DNA of 63,701 nucleotides, counting the filler, from Hausera hauseri (taxonomy: Eukaryota): the NCBI GenBank assembly GCA_046269625.1. It is 12 parts of 12 records of this genome, joined end to end, with 100 filler letters (N's around TTAATTAATTAA, not from the genome) between each part and the next. Parts side by side here need not be neighbours in the genome. Positions count along the whole stretch, not along the records: positions 1 to 5,131 come from JBJURY010325717.1; positions 5,232 to 10,131 come from JBJURY010398700.1; positions 10,232 to 16,877 come from JBJURY010078992.1; 9 more parts are not named here. The stretch is one strand, 5' to 3'. The position numbers and the translations under genes were made by a program. This document shows, piece after piece, positions 1-11,562 of this stretch. Position 1 is the stretch's first letter; every line of letters starts with the position of its first letter. The notes under the pieces were generated by a model that had not been told where the DNA came from, did not search any database, and saw nothing but the letters and a program-made list of their open reading frames with translations.

Positions 1-343
1 TGTCACATATTCCGATTTATACGACCATTTAAATTCACAATTACATCTCGATTATGCTAGTAATCCGGGAAATTTTCGCAAAATCGATACTTTATTGCCG
101 AGTCCAAATGGCATTATCACATTTTTCCAACAGCAACTTGATCGTTACAGTTTATAAATTGAACCAGTTAGAATCAGGAAACAAAATTCGAATATTCTAC
201 CGCACAAACCATTAACAGAGTTAGAAACGGAGCAGTCTTATTCTTCTAGTAGTTCTTCTAATTCTAGTAATTCGACAGATTCGTTTGATTCTGATTCCGA
301 CATTGTTCCTATAACACGTACTGTCTGTACATCTACTCCAATA

Positions 344-835
344 TTGCAACCTATGAAATTTGATCTCATTTCTCAAGATTCTTTCTCACATGATGATCTC
401 CAACAATTACAACTTAGTCAACACGTATCTGGTGTCGTCAGAAAATTGGCAAAGAATATGAACCTTAACGATGACGAAAATGCAGAAAGTCCAATTAATA
501 CTTTATCCTTTGGGAAACCATACAACTGTAGCGATTCATCCATTGTTCTTCAACGCAGAATTAAATGGTGTACCACTTGTTTTCGAAATCATATTCCGGT
601 TGTTTATGACAATTATGTTTGTTATTTGAAAATTGTTTATAACATAACCCATCAGTTGGTCGATATCGATGAATTAGACAACCTTTCATGTTGGACAGCT
701 CAAGACAATAGCTGCAATGAGACCGGTACTCAAACAGAAATTGTAGCTTTTGAAATTATTGGTTCATCGTACAGGAATTTGGAATTCATTGATGATTTGG
801 AAGAGGGTGTTACGGTTTTTCGTCAAAGTTTATGA
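344..835 (+). CDS. Hypothetical protein fragment
   Basis: 163-aa ORF preceded in frame by a Ser/Asp-rich stretch; no family recognised. Confidence 0.25.
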   Translation: MQPMKFDLISQDSFSHDDLQQLQLSQHVSGVVRKLAKNMNLNDDENAESPINTLSFGKPYNCSDSSIVLQRRIKWCTTCFRNHIPVVYDNYVCYLKIVYNITHQLVDIDELDNLSCWTAQDNSCNETGTQTEIVAFEIIGSSYRNLEFIDDLEEGVTVFRQSL

Positions 836-1297
836 GAAGTTTTTTTCAATAAAACAAGATTCTATTGAAAATGAAAGTAATACGAGTACGAGTTATGCAG
901 ACAACAAAGAAAACTGGGACAACCGAAAACTCTTAGCGTTTGATACAAGTTTAGTGTTTCTTGTAATAATTCCATAAGAATGAGAAGAAGGATAGCCAAC
1001 GACAATAAAATTTATTCTTTAATTCCTTTTCAAAAATCAGATAAAATTCTTCCTCTTTAGAGTAACTATACAATTCAGAAATTTCAGCTGTATAATCATC
1101 TTTTCTACTGGTAGAGGGAAATATTGTAAAAGTCTGAGGTGATGTAACTATCTTTACTAAAGTTATTTATAAGGATATTTTGAAAATTTGTTAATTGAGG
1201 AGACATACATGCTAAATCATCGAGATTGTCATCTAGGAAAATATCTGGAAACTGGCCGCTCAGTACTTTCTTCACAACTTACACGATTGTATGGCAT

Positions 1298-1867
1298 TCA
1301 CGTTACGACATCACCCATAATTGATGGAAAGTGGACGGTAGAATTGAAGGCTGTGTTAGACGGGAGAATGTTTCCTGGGGATACTGAAGGTCGTGTGAAT
1401 ATTGGCGGTTGAGTAGGATAAGCATTGATAGGATATGTAGTAAATCCGAGGGGATTAGTATTCTGGCAATATGAGCGAGTAACTAATGGAAAAGAAATTG
1501 AGTTGTGAGGAAAAGAACGATTAGGAATGGTTGAAACAGCAATTGATGGCTGATTGGTCACGTGATTTCCTGATCGTGAATGATGATAACAACTGGTCGA
1601 TAAGCCGGACTGATAATATGGATTAGCACCGGTACCGAATTCGTTTGATAACTGATAATGATTCGAATTGCATGATATATTCGGACGATTTGTCTGAGAT
1701 GGCTGAATACTGAAATCGTTCGCCTGATTTGAATTGTTTGATGAATCTTTTACTGATGTCGTGTGATTAGACTGTGATGTGGATTGGATCCCAGACACCT
1801 GATGTCGTCGACGATTGCTGGTCGATGGAGACACGTCATCAGCTTGTTGATTTGAATATATCCCCAC
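1298..1867 (-). CDS. Ser/Asn/Pro-rich low-complexity ORF, possibly a host exon
   Basis: 189 open codons in AT-rich DNA with a possible short GT..AG intron just upstream; no domain recognised. Confidence 0.3.
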   Translation of the reverse strand: MGIYSNQQADDVSPSTSNRRRHQVSGIQSTSQSNHTTSVKDSSNNSNQANDFSIQPSQTNRPNISCNSNHYQLSNEFGTGANPYYQSGLSTSCYHHSRSGNHVTNQPSIAVSTIPNRSFPHNSISFPLVTRSYCQNTNPLGFTTYPINAYPTQPPIFTRPSVSPGNILPSNTAFNSTVHFPSIMGDVVT

Positions 1868-2326
1868 TGTTGAACATAATTCATTTCAACGCAACATCAT
1901 ACTTATCTTGATGAAATAAAGAACGTTTAAAAAATCTTATTTTCGTTTAGAATGAAACTCGAGACTCGTTGAAAAATAAATTTTGACTATCAACGAATTA
2001 CACAGAATGCTCAATTGATATCTGACTGTACGGACAGAAATATAGACGTACGTTGTTATAAATAGCTAGGAAAGAGGGATTTAAATTACTAATTCTGTTC
2101 TAGTTTCAAAAGAATTATATTTCTCTATTGACGTGCCTTAAATAAAACTGCGAAATTTGCATACTGGACTTTTCGTTCATTGAAAACGTTTATTTCTGTA
2201 TCTAAGAATAATTTAGAAGTTTGCAGATGTTCTGTTGGTATGATAAAAAATGATTATAATTATTAGCAATCATTATCCATTTAAAGATTATCTATTTTAA
2301 TGTTAAATAGCTTGTTAGCAGAAAAC

Positions 2327-3950
2327 ATGGCTACTAGAGGCTGCAAATTGTCTCGGGATTGCTTTTGCTTCTGTATCGGTTATTACATCGGGCCAAAGTA
2401 GGTAAAATGTGCGATTGTTCCTGGAACTAAATATTGCGACGCATATGACGCCTATTTTTGGATGTCAATTGGAGATCAGTATAAGGCATGTGCACTTCAT
2501 GTCATCTGTGGTTGATGTAGATCGACATTGGAAGGCTGGCTTCATGGTCGCAGAAAGAGTATGCCATTTGCCATCCCAAGAATAGAGAGAGCTTACCAGC
2601 CATCTTGATGGTAACTATTTCTACATGGTAAATATATCAAAGTACGGAAACCAGCAGACAAAAAGTCCTTCTATATCCGAATATTCCATCTTCCATTGCT
2701 CCAGTGCTACATGATAAACATTTACCAATCCCAGTTCCACTTCATGACAAAAATGTTAATGAAAGTGTTGAAGACTGCAGCGAACAAAGTGATCTGACAC
2801 CGAGCTTCACGGACAGCCACATTTTCCAAATCAGAAGGAATTAGATGATTTAGTGAGAGACCTGGATCTTACTAAATCTGGAACAAAGCTATTAGCATAC
2901 CAGTTGTAAAGTGTCCACATTCCGGAAAAGACATAAGCCATGTGCCAAATATTTTACAGTCGCCGAATCCGTGTGTTACTGTACTGACGTTTGTGGGCTG
3001 TTTAACTAAATAAGTTTGGAACATTGTTCCCAAGAGCGGCGTCTCTTCATCGACAGTTCATCAAGAAGTCTGAAAGCGGTCCTTCTTCACAATGGCGATA
3101 TGTACCTTTCGATTCCTGTTGGTCATTCTGTTCATCTCAAAGAATATTACCGGAATGTGAAAAGTTCGTTAGAAAAGCTTAAATACGAGGAACACAAATC
3201 AGATGTCTGTGGAGATTTTAAGATGTTGGGATTTTTTTCTTAGATTGCAAGATGGATTTACAAAGTACTCTTGCTTCCTTTGTCTCTAAAACAGCAGAAA
3301 TGTTGCTCAGCACTACATCAAAAAGATTGGTCAGGAAGACCCACATTGCAGCCTGGTGTTTACAATGTCAAGCACATTCCTCTGGTTCCAGTTAATAAAG
3401 TCTTACTTCCACCTCTACACATCAAGCTGGGACTCATGACACAGTTTGTAAAAGCACTGAATCGTGATGGTGATACATTCATGAAAATCCAAGCGATGTT
3501 TCCAAAGTTGACATATTCTAAAGTATCCGGTGGACTATTTGTTGGTCCCACAAGTGAAACAAATGTTTGAAACAGAATCTGGAGGAGGAAATGACATCCA
3601 AAGAAAAAGGGCATGGAATGCATTTAAGAATGTTGTAACCGATTTCCTTGGAAATAGCAAATCTGGCAATTTCATCAGTTTCATTAAAGAACTGCTCGAA
3701 AGCTACCAAAGTTTTGGATGCGGAATGCCTCTCAAGGTGCACTATTTTATTCTCATTTGGACCTCTTCAGACAAAACTTGAGCGATGTCAGCGAAGAGCA
3801 TGTTAGCGCTTTCATCAAGATAAACAGGCGATGGAAAGGAGATATCAGGGGAGATGGGGTGAAGCAATGATGAGGGACTACATCTGGAGTTTATGTTAGG
3901 CTTGATGATTCTTTTCATAAGAGACAGAAACGCTCAAGAATTCACTTTTA
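2327..3950 (+). mobile_element. Decayed DNA transposase, Chapaev3 (CMC)-like
   Basis: Motifs RLFIDSSSRSLKAVLLHNG, VCGDFKM, VLLPPLHIKLGLMTQFVKAL, LFVGP, SEEH..RFHQD, RYQGRW spread across several frames with stops and frameshifts. Confidence 0.75.
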
Positions 3951-4389
3951 ACAGTTCAGATAGTGACAATTTTCTGCGAAGAGGCACTGTGCTATAATAA
4001 AATTTAAATTTTTCTATACTGTATCCATACGGTTGATGACAGAAAAAACAATATCGGAAACAGCTCATGTGATTTCATTGAAATCCCTGAAAAACGCAGC
4101 CAAACACAACATTTGTAAACATTTGTTACCTAATGTAATTGAATGAAAATAAAATACGGAAGTTCTCTTTCAGCAACATACTTATAACGTAAAATTCAAA
4201 AACAAAATTTGTGAAGATCTAATGAATACCATTCAGTGTGTTTATTGGACCATTTCCTGGTTTTATCTCCGACGATTATGATACCATATTATGAACAGAA
4301 AAACGCAGAATTGTTAAAAGAAATATAACTAATAAAATATCAATAAAAATTAATTGAGTTTGGAAATATAGAAACATACTACTGTGGGA

Positions 4390-5131
4390 CTGATTAAATA
4401 AAACGCAAAAAATATTTTATTCATCCAAATTTATTCTGTTTCTTTCAAAGTAGTCCCGTCCCATTCGAGTACACTTATTCCAATGTTTTTCCAGTCTTTC
4501 AAACAGTTATTATACGCAGCTTCCGGTATAGCTTGCAAAGCGGCCAGCGATTTCTCTCGGATTGCTACTGTTGACTCAAATCGATGTCCACGAAGTGGTA
4601 ATTTCAATGGAGAAAAAAGGGAAAAGTCAAAAGGAGTCATATTTGGCGATTATGGTACTTGCGGTACGACATTCACTTGATTTCTGATGAAATACTGACG
4701 AATAATTAAGGTTGTATGCGATGGCGAGTTATTATGATGTAGAAACCATGAATTGTTTAGCTGTAATTCTGGTCGTTTTTACGAATTGACTCACGTAAAT
4801 GACGCAAATGCCTAAAAAATTTTCTTTGTTGACTGTATGGCCACTTGGAAAGACCTTTTTATGACAAAGGTCACGGTAGTCGAAGAAAACAGTCAACATG
4901 GCCTTGATTTTTACTTTCTTCGACGTCATTTTTTCTGTTTTGGTCCACCTACAGTACGATATTCACTGGATTGTTGAGCTGTTTCCAAGTCATAAGAATA
5001 GATTCATGTTTCATCGCCAATAATTATGCATTTCAGGTCATCATCAGCCATAGAAAGGTTCTCTTCAGCCACTTGAACACGGCGTTGTTTTTCATACACA
5101 TTCAAAGCTTTTGGAACATAACATGGCAAAA
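4390..5131 (-). mobile_element. Mariner transposase remnant
   Basis: SPNMTPFDFSLFSPLKLPLRGHRFES (YSPDLAP-D region) and KAMLTVFFDYR..GHTVN motifs; frameshifted. Confidence 0.85.
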
Positions 5132-5231
5132 NNNNNNNNNNNNNNNNNNNNNNNNNNNNNNNNNNNNNNNNNNNNTTAATTAATTAANNNNNNNNNNNNN
5201 NNNNNNNNNNNNNNNNNNNNNNNNNNNNNNN
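5132..5231. other. Artificial contig-joining spacer (first of 11)
   Basis: Identical 44N-TTAATTAATTAA-44N block (stops in all six frames) at 5132-5231, 10132-10231, 16878-16977, 21419-21518, 26054-26153, 30214-30313, 36188-36287, 40445-40544, 46238-46337, 50594-50693 and 57888-57987. A separate 10-N gap lies at 44556-44565. Confidence 0.98.
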
Positions 5232-5413
5232 CATAAAAACACTTACATCCGTTCATAATAACTTTCGATCAGATAATATAAGCAAAAGAAAAATGTTCAG
5301 AGTAAATGAAAGATACAACTATATATATACTGTTTCAAAACATAGCATATGACATTAAAATTTTCAAGATGAATTAAAGGCAATTAAAAATAAATCAAAA
5401 TTCTTTTATACAA

Positions 5414-6534
5414 TGTTCAAGTCAATTGAAGTTCATTTAAAAATCGAGTAAGTCATTAGAAATAAATCAAAGTTTAATTTTTAAGTTTAGCTTCTCCGGC
5501 AACAATTGAATTCTCTAGTAAGTGGATTTCGTTTTTATTTTCTTTTAATTGAATTTATTTTAGCTCGGACAGCTGTTGGATTAGACTGAACAACAGTATA
5601 ATTTATATTGTGGCTTAATGTTGAAAATTGGGATGAAGTGATAACTTTTAGGTTGTGAGATTCTTTCCAATTCCCCTTGTATAGATTTGAAGTAATTCAG
5701 TTTGAAGGTTGTTTACAATAAAAAGAAATAATTTACTTTCCATTATTGTATAAATTGATTTAATTGATGTTTCAACGATCGCTTACTATGACTTCAGCCG
5801 TTCGCGCCATTACTTTGTGGAGAAAAATTTAAGTTTACTTATGAAGAAATAAAAACAATATTTTTATAAATAATCAAAAATTCAAATAAACAAACCTAAC
5901 TTCTTGATCGATGTATATTTCAAACATTTTCCAAAAATGTGGAATTTGACAATCATCAAGAAATCATAAGGAAAGTGACTTCACAATAATAGTAGATATA
6001 ATTTCAAGTTTCGTCACAACGAAAGTGACTTTTGGCATATATCAATATACTTAGAAATTAAATATTTCTTTTTAAAGTAATTTGAGGGCGAATTTGTTGG
6101 TAAAGGATCGCTTTATATATAGATTTTATTCTCTGGGGGAGTTGATGATAATTTGATTTAATCAGAGAGTGTTTTAATTTATTTTAGGTACAATCTGGAG
6201 ATGTTGATTATACGAATGTGTATCGTATTTAATTTCCCCATTATTAGCAACTGCGTATCATTTAATTTTACAGTGATGATTAACCATCTCACGATCATTA
6301 ACGTTATTTTTAACACAACGTGAATTACAATAACACGTCATTCTTTAACATCTAACATCACTTTTAACACAACGCACTAATCGTGAATTACAATTCTTGT
6401 TAGCATCTCTTATAATAATGTTATTTTTAGCAGTTAGTGAATTTGTATCACCTATACCACGAATCGGTTATTTTGTCACATGTATCACAAGTCGGTTATT
6501 TTACAGTAACGAATTTTGTACGCCATCCTTAACA
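5414..6534 (-). repeat. 3' LTR of complex Gypsy element (fragment 2)
   Basis: On the minus strand TGTTAAGG follows a polypurine tract directly; TATA-like CTATATATAAAG near 6111-6122; short U3 direct repeats at 6305-6395. The distal end at ...TTGAACA (5414) is a best guess. Confidence 0.65.
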
Positions 6535-6547
6535 TCTCCCTTCCCTT
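6535..6547 (-). promoter_or_regulatory. Polypurine tract
   Basis: AAGGGAAGGGAGA immediately 5' of TGTT on the minus strand. Confidence 0.8.
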
Positions 6548-6758
6548 AATATAAATTTGCCCTAGGAAATTTAAACTATTGTGAAGTCATTTTCTGTTTA
6601 GGAAAGATAACACTACAATATAAAGGTCAAGAAGTGTACAAGTTTAAATGGAAGAAATATGTAAAAAAAATAAATTAAGCATAGGTAAGTGGGCACAATA
6701 AAAAGAAAAAACATTTGAATAAAAGATCATAAATTCGATACAAGTAGTACAATTATTT

Positions 6759-7309
6759 TTACACTTGAATGTTTAGTTTGGTTTCTTCTATCAAGTCTTC
6801 TTCGGTTTGCATTACGGTTTTCATCCGGTACAGGTTCTCCAACGTAAATATGTCCTTTTTGGCATATAAAATCATCCGAATCTTCGCTTTATTGGTATTC
6901 TTCAAAGTTAGTGGTCGTCCTCCTCTCGGTTTAGGGAGAGGAGTTACATCCAATTGTATCGGTATAGGCTGGAATGTCAAGATTGGTTTATGATTGAGAC
7001 TTTTGATGCGATCTAGATTTGCACATAAGACTGCCAGGTGGAGGGTATTGTATACACTGTTTTTATACACAATCCCTATCGGGTTTCCGAAGTTGACATT
7101 TGGAATTATCAAACGATTTTGTGTAATTGTTGATATTGGTTGAATAGCGTATTAAACGCTAATGGACTGGCTAGTTGCCAATATAATAAAATGGATAATT
7201 CTGTTAGGGACCTTTGTTCTACGATTTTGGATATATTTGTTGTATCTTCCTTTAACTGACCTATTGATGATAAGTTTTTCTGCTGAATTATTTCAATAAT
7301 ACCCTTCAT
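6759..7309 (-). pseudogene. Terminal accessory ORF remnants of the retroelement
   Basis: Consecutive minus-strand ORF pieces (66 and 117 aa) between the exonuclease-like domain and the PPT; no family recognised. Confidence 0.4.
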
Positions 7310-7379
7310 GATATTTCTGGGGTATTTTTGTGAAAGCTCCGTAATCAGTTAGATTGTTTAGCGGTGATTCCCAGTCATA

Positions 7380-8602
7380 GGTCAATTTTTTCATTAGAAC
7401 AGGCGTTTTCCAATCCGCCATGAATTTGTACAAATGTCTGCAATATTTTCTCAGCAGTTTTTGGAAATTCATGAGAAAATCCTTAGACTATAGGCATTTG
7501 TGTCCAGTTTAGTTTCATTCCTTCTTCTTTAAATCTCAACTTGGTATTTTTTACTGCAAGAACATGTAAGATTCCGAATCGGAAATTTTCGGGAATTCGT
7601 AGGGCTCGAATGATAGTGCTTGTGTTAGCACTTATAACAATGTATCCAAAAAGATACCGAATCAGATCTTTTCGAACATCATCTTCGTCTGGTGCTTGTT
7701 GTATGAATGGTATTGAGAGACCATGGATATGCTCATTTGAATTGGCTATCCTCCGCCTTAAATTGATATATGATTGGTATATGATGAGTTGATCTCATCA
7801 GCAATTATCACTTCTATTGGTAAACAATCCCCGTTGGTAGCATAGGCTAGGGAGACTGCTAAGTATCGATAATTAATGGATGTGGTTAGCTATAATTACA
7901 GATATCCTTGTTTGGTAATTGGTAGAATATGGGTGATTCAAAACCCATATTCAGTGGTGTTCTCTCGCAAGACTCTACTCCGAATATCACAGGCGTAGTT
8001 AATATTCAGAAATAAAGCTTGGTTAAAAAGCCTGTCGATTTAATTTTCATTGTATTTTTTGCACATAATATCAATATTCCTTCTGATAGGGTATCGTAAT
8101 TATGTGATTATGTTCGCATGTGAATTTCCCCTTGAGCCAGATGGAGTAAAATTTTATTGGTTGAGTCTTCTACTTGAAATAAGGCTGTAAGACTTTTATA
8201 TAATGGCTTATTAATCTCCAAAATTCGGAACGATCGATCACACACTGTAGTTGTCTTTAATAAGTTATCAAGATATTTGCACTCCGAGTAAAAGAGATCC
8301 TCAGAATCGTTCATTAATTCAATTAGTCGTGTATAAAATTTTGAAGAATAAAGGTTTCTTCTTTGATGGAAAATTGTAATAGCATTTTTATCGCACGATT
8401 CATTCAGTGATCTGTGTTTTAATCGAAAATTCTCGGTTTCCTGCCAATTTGCTTGCAATTGCATTTGTAATTTTGCTCGATTAACTGCTGCTATGTTTTC
8501 GAAACTGAATCCCTTTCTTCGAACTTCCACGATGGATTTAGCTTGTTCCGTTTGTTTTATATTTGTCGTTAAAGTTGGTGTTGCGAGAATTCCTCTCTGC
8601 AA
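7380..8602 (-). pseudogene. Accessory ORF containing a DEDD exonuclease-fold domain (degenerate)
   Basis: Manual translation from 7868 downward (one frameshift): RYLAVSLAY..LPIEVIIADE..RRRIANSNEHIHG..RYLFGYIVI..RALRIP..TQM..FPKTAE, matching 27252-28016. Upstream ILLHLAQGEI and PIFYQLP match 57988-58260. Confidence 0.75.
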
Positions 8603-8959
8603 AGAATATCCTGCTCTATGGTGTTGAAAGGTGAACGATTTAAGGCACTACTGTTGCTGTTGAAATATCATAATCTGTATCTCTGTCTGACTTGTCCAGG
8701 TCGACTTCAATTTCTTCTGATTGATAAATTGGTGTGTGTAGATTGTCCATATTGCTGAAAAGAAATATAATGGTATAGCGGGTCGTATTTAATGGCTTGG
8801 TGAGAAGGTAGGTTGAAACCTTACGTTTTATTGGTGTTGTGTAATGGTGCAAATCTATTGGTTTAGATCTGTTTTTGTTTTTTGCTGTGTGTGTGTTAGT
8901 GCAATTATTTTGTTTTGTGTATATACTATTGTATATTTGTATTTAAATTTAGATATTTC

Positions 8960-9960
8960 AATTCCCCAACGTCGACTGCTCACTCCATATCACAATCCAT
9001 TAAACATTTTAAACTAGTTGAGAATAAAAGAGCTTTATTCACCGTAATTCGCTTTTTGGAGAGTCTTTTTATTTCCGCAATTACAAAGGCTGCGGATACG
9101 AACGGTAGGAGGAGTATTATTACAACGAATGATATTGTAATTTTTACCATATTTGTTTGAATGCTAGAGTTAGTTACTAGTTGTGTTTATTCGTAGACTG
9201 ATATTTTTCTGGTATTAAATATCTTTTAGTTCTTGTCTGGGTCCTGACTGTCTGGTGTCGTGTTACTGCATGTTTTTGTTTAAAGACAATTAGGTACTCC
9301 TCGTCTGGTTGAAGATCAGTAGACCTGGTCATCTTTTCATGTCGTCTAATGATGGAATATATGACATGATATTTCCCTACACAAGTTATGGAGATTGGAT
9401 ATTTCACCCTTTGTAATGCTTTGAACTCATTGTATAAGTCTGTTATGGTAATTGTGACTTCTGCTATTTTATTCAAATTGGGAACATTGGTTTGTTCATT
9501 TTTTGTTGCTAATAACGTTATCACCGTTGGGATCGTTATTTGTCTTATTTTGAAGAATTTTAGTAATGGCATAAGAATGTGAAAATTTAGAGCTTTTTCG
9601 CCAGACTTATGTTTAAAAATTCTGGGAAAGTAATATGTTATCTGTAAATCAACATCGTTTGTTAAAGTGGGTATTTTTACTACGACTCTATCTATTAATT
9701 TTTGTTTATTATCTTTTTCCTGTGTAAAGAAGGAGGTTTGACCAATTTTTCTACATATACTTGTCTTGATGTAGGTGTAAATTAATATCTTCTTTGAAGA
9801 AGATTCTGAGTTGTAAGGAAGTATAAATTGATAAGACAAATTTCATTCAAGATTGCAATACAGCATTTTTTAGTTATTAACTATATGTCTACTTCTTTTT
9901 GTAGTAATATTAATTGAGAAACGTCCTTGAAATTTGTTACTCCTAGAAATAGTGCATTTA
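8960..9960 (-). pseudogene. Accessory FN3-like type-I membrane protein (degenerate)
   Basis: TDLQPDEEYLIVF resembles the FN3 L-x-P-x-x-x-Y signature; after a frameshift comes the hydrophobic ITISFVVIILLLPFVSAAFVIA (about 9075-9150). Confidence 0.55.
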
Positions 9961-9989
9961 CTTGTTTTGGTAAATACTGGTCTGTACCG

Positions 9990-10055
9990 TATATCTTTGT
10001 TTTTCATTGTTGCGCACATTTTACATTCGTCTACCCAATCTTTAACATCTTGTTC
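9990..10055 (-). pseudogene. Gypsy integrase Zn-finger fragment (core missing)
   Basis: EQDVKDWVDECKMCATMK is the CxxC half of the HHCC finger; no DDE core follows. Confidence 0.7.
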
Positions 10056-10131
10056 AGTAGTATAAAATTGCCGGTTCTGGGCCACCCCCTCCCCCGATTG
10101 CGTAACTTCCGGTCTGAAATTGCGCAACTTC
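10056..10131 (+). mobile_element. Maverick/Polinton terminal inverted repeat start
   Basis: Begins AGTAGT, then ..AAATTGCCGGTTCTGGGCCACCCC, related to the termini at 10650, 25915 and 42086. AG/AGTAGT ends are typical of Mavericks. Confidence 0.6.
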
Positions 10132-10231
10132 NNNNNNNNNNNNNNNNNNNNNNNNNNNNNNNNNNNNNNNNNNNNTTAATTAATTAANNNNNNNNNNNNN
10201 NNNNNNNNNNNNNNNNNNNNNNNNNNNNNNN

Positions 10232-10650
10232 AACCAATCAATATATTTAAATTCTAACTGCACATACACACAGTGCATCATGTGTGCTTTCGATTGCACC
10301 CGGTGCCGTGCACCAATAATCAATATTAGGAATATAGGAAATCCGATATTATTGATTTTTGCACACTTGCACATGTGCTGCAAACCTTCACATACACCAA
10401 TCGATGTGCACTGACGTGCACTATCGATTAGCACTTTGGCCCGATCGATTCGATCAATACTGCACTGTGCATCGATCGATTTGTCAAAGTGCAAAAGTTC
10501 CCTTAGCAACGGTGCCTGGCTGCACCGTCACATAGCACTCTACGGATCGATAGTGCACAGTGTGCACTATCGATTGACACATGTGCAAAATTGATTTATC
10601 TATTACGTCCCCCGGAGGAGGTGAGGCAGAATCCCCATTTTCATACTACT
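10232..10650 (-). mobile_element. Maverick/Polinton terminal inverted repeat
   Basis: Ends ..ACTACT (AGTAGT on minus); GTGCAC/ATCGAT palindrome-rich; alignable by eye with 41660-42086 and 25915-26053. Confidence 0.7.
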
Positions 10651-11562
10651 AATATTTTTACTGATTTGTCCACTGGAACTATAAGTTTACCATTTCTTTT
10701 CGACTGAAATATCGGGGCAACGTATTTTCCAATCCTTGGATTCTCCCATACATATGTGTTCTTATATACTTCCGTCGCTGGCATCAATTTGACAAAAAAC
10801 AATGCTTCCTTAATTCTTTGTTGTCTATAATATTCGGTAATTACCAGTATTCTCGGGTAATCCTTGGTGGTGTCGAAATGTATGTTATCTGTGGAACATT
10901 TCTTTCGTAACATGTTTACTTCCGTTATTTTTCCCTTTTGTTTACTTAGTGGTCTTGCAAATTTCTCGGTTCAAAATGGCGCTTGTAGTTTCAATGTATT
11001 TTCTGTTTGTATTCTTTGTTCTGTTTTCCTCGAGGTTGGGTTTTTGTTATTTGGTTTATATCCTTCTTTTGGTCCCTTTTCTCCTTCTTTACTTTTCTTC
11101 TTGAACAAGTAATTGAGAAGGGAGGTTTTTCTTTTATTTGTTTTTTCGATTTCGGTTTCTTGGGTCTTATCCTTCTTTTCTAGGTACTTCATGGGAATTT
11201 CTGGTATTTTGAAATATATCGCAATTTTCGGTGGCTTCAATCCAAGTCCTAACGTCATAACTTGTGCAGGGTTTTTCGTCTGTTTGCTTTTTGCTATTGG
11301 ATTTCCTGGAGTTAATTCCTTGAATAGTCACTTGATAGTTCCATTCTTGTGTGTCTTCGACATTTCTCGGTGGAGAATAAGGACAGAAATATTTTCTGTA
11401 TCGGCTATTTGATCTTTCTATTTTAGGAAATTTTTGCAAGTTCTGGCCGGGATTGCTTGGGATACATTCGTGTTCCCATTTCAGTCCAGCGTTTATGTCC
11501 CTCAAGTATTAGGAACGTTGACTAGCTGTTAGTAGGCGGCATGTTTTAATATGTCCTCCACG

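Noticed and set aside
5132-5231. Recurrent TTAATTAATTAA palindrome as a biological repeat or CRISPR-like array
   Set aside because: Always centred in exactly 44+44 Ns; an artificial six-frame-stop linker.
5880-6060. The same bulged-A hairpin array in the fragment 2 LTR
   Set aside because: Some stems exist, but I could not find the repeated bulged-A geometry.
10056-10650. Fragments 2 and 3 as the two sides of one Maverick insertion into one retroelement
   Set aside because: The two termini differ in sequence, the flanks (TTGTTC vs AATATT) give no TSD, the flanking retroelement parts are not contiguous, and an artificial spacer separates them.
10641-10913. GKLIVPVDKSVKIL as the integrase N-terminus
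   Set aside because: The upstream sequence does not match the RNaseH-IN linker of the sister copy (61111-61416) and resembles the 3' accessory ORFs instead.
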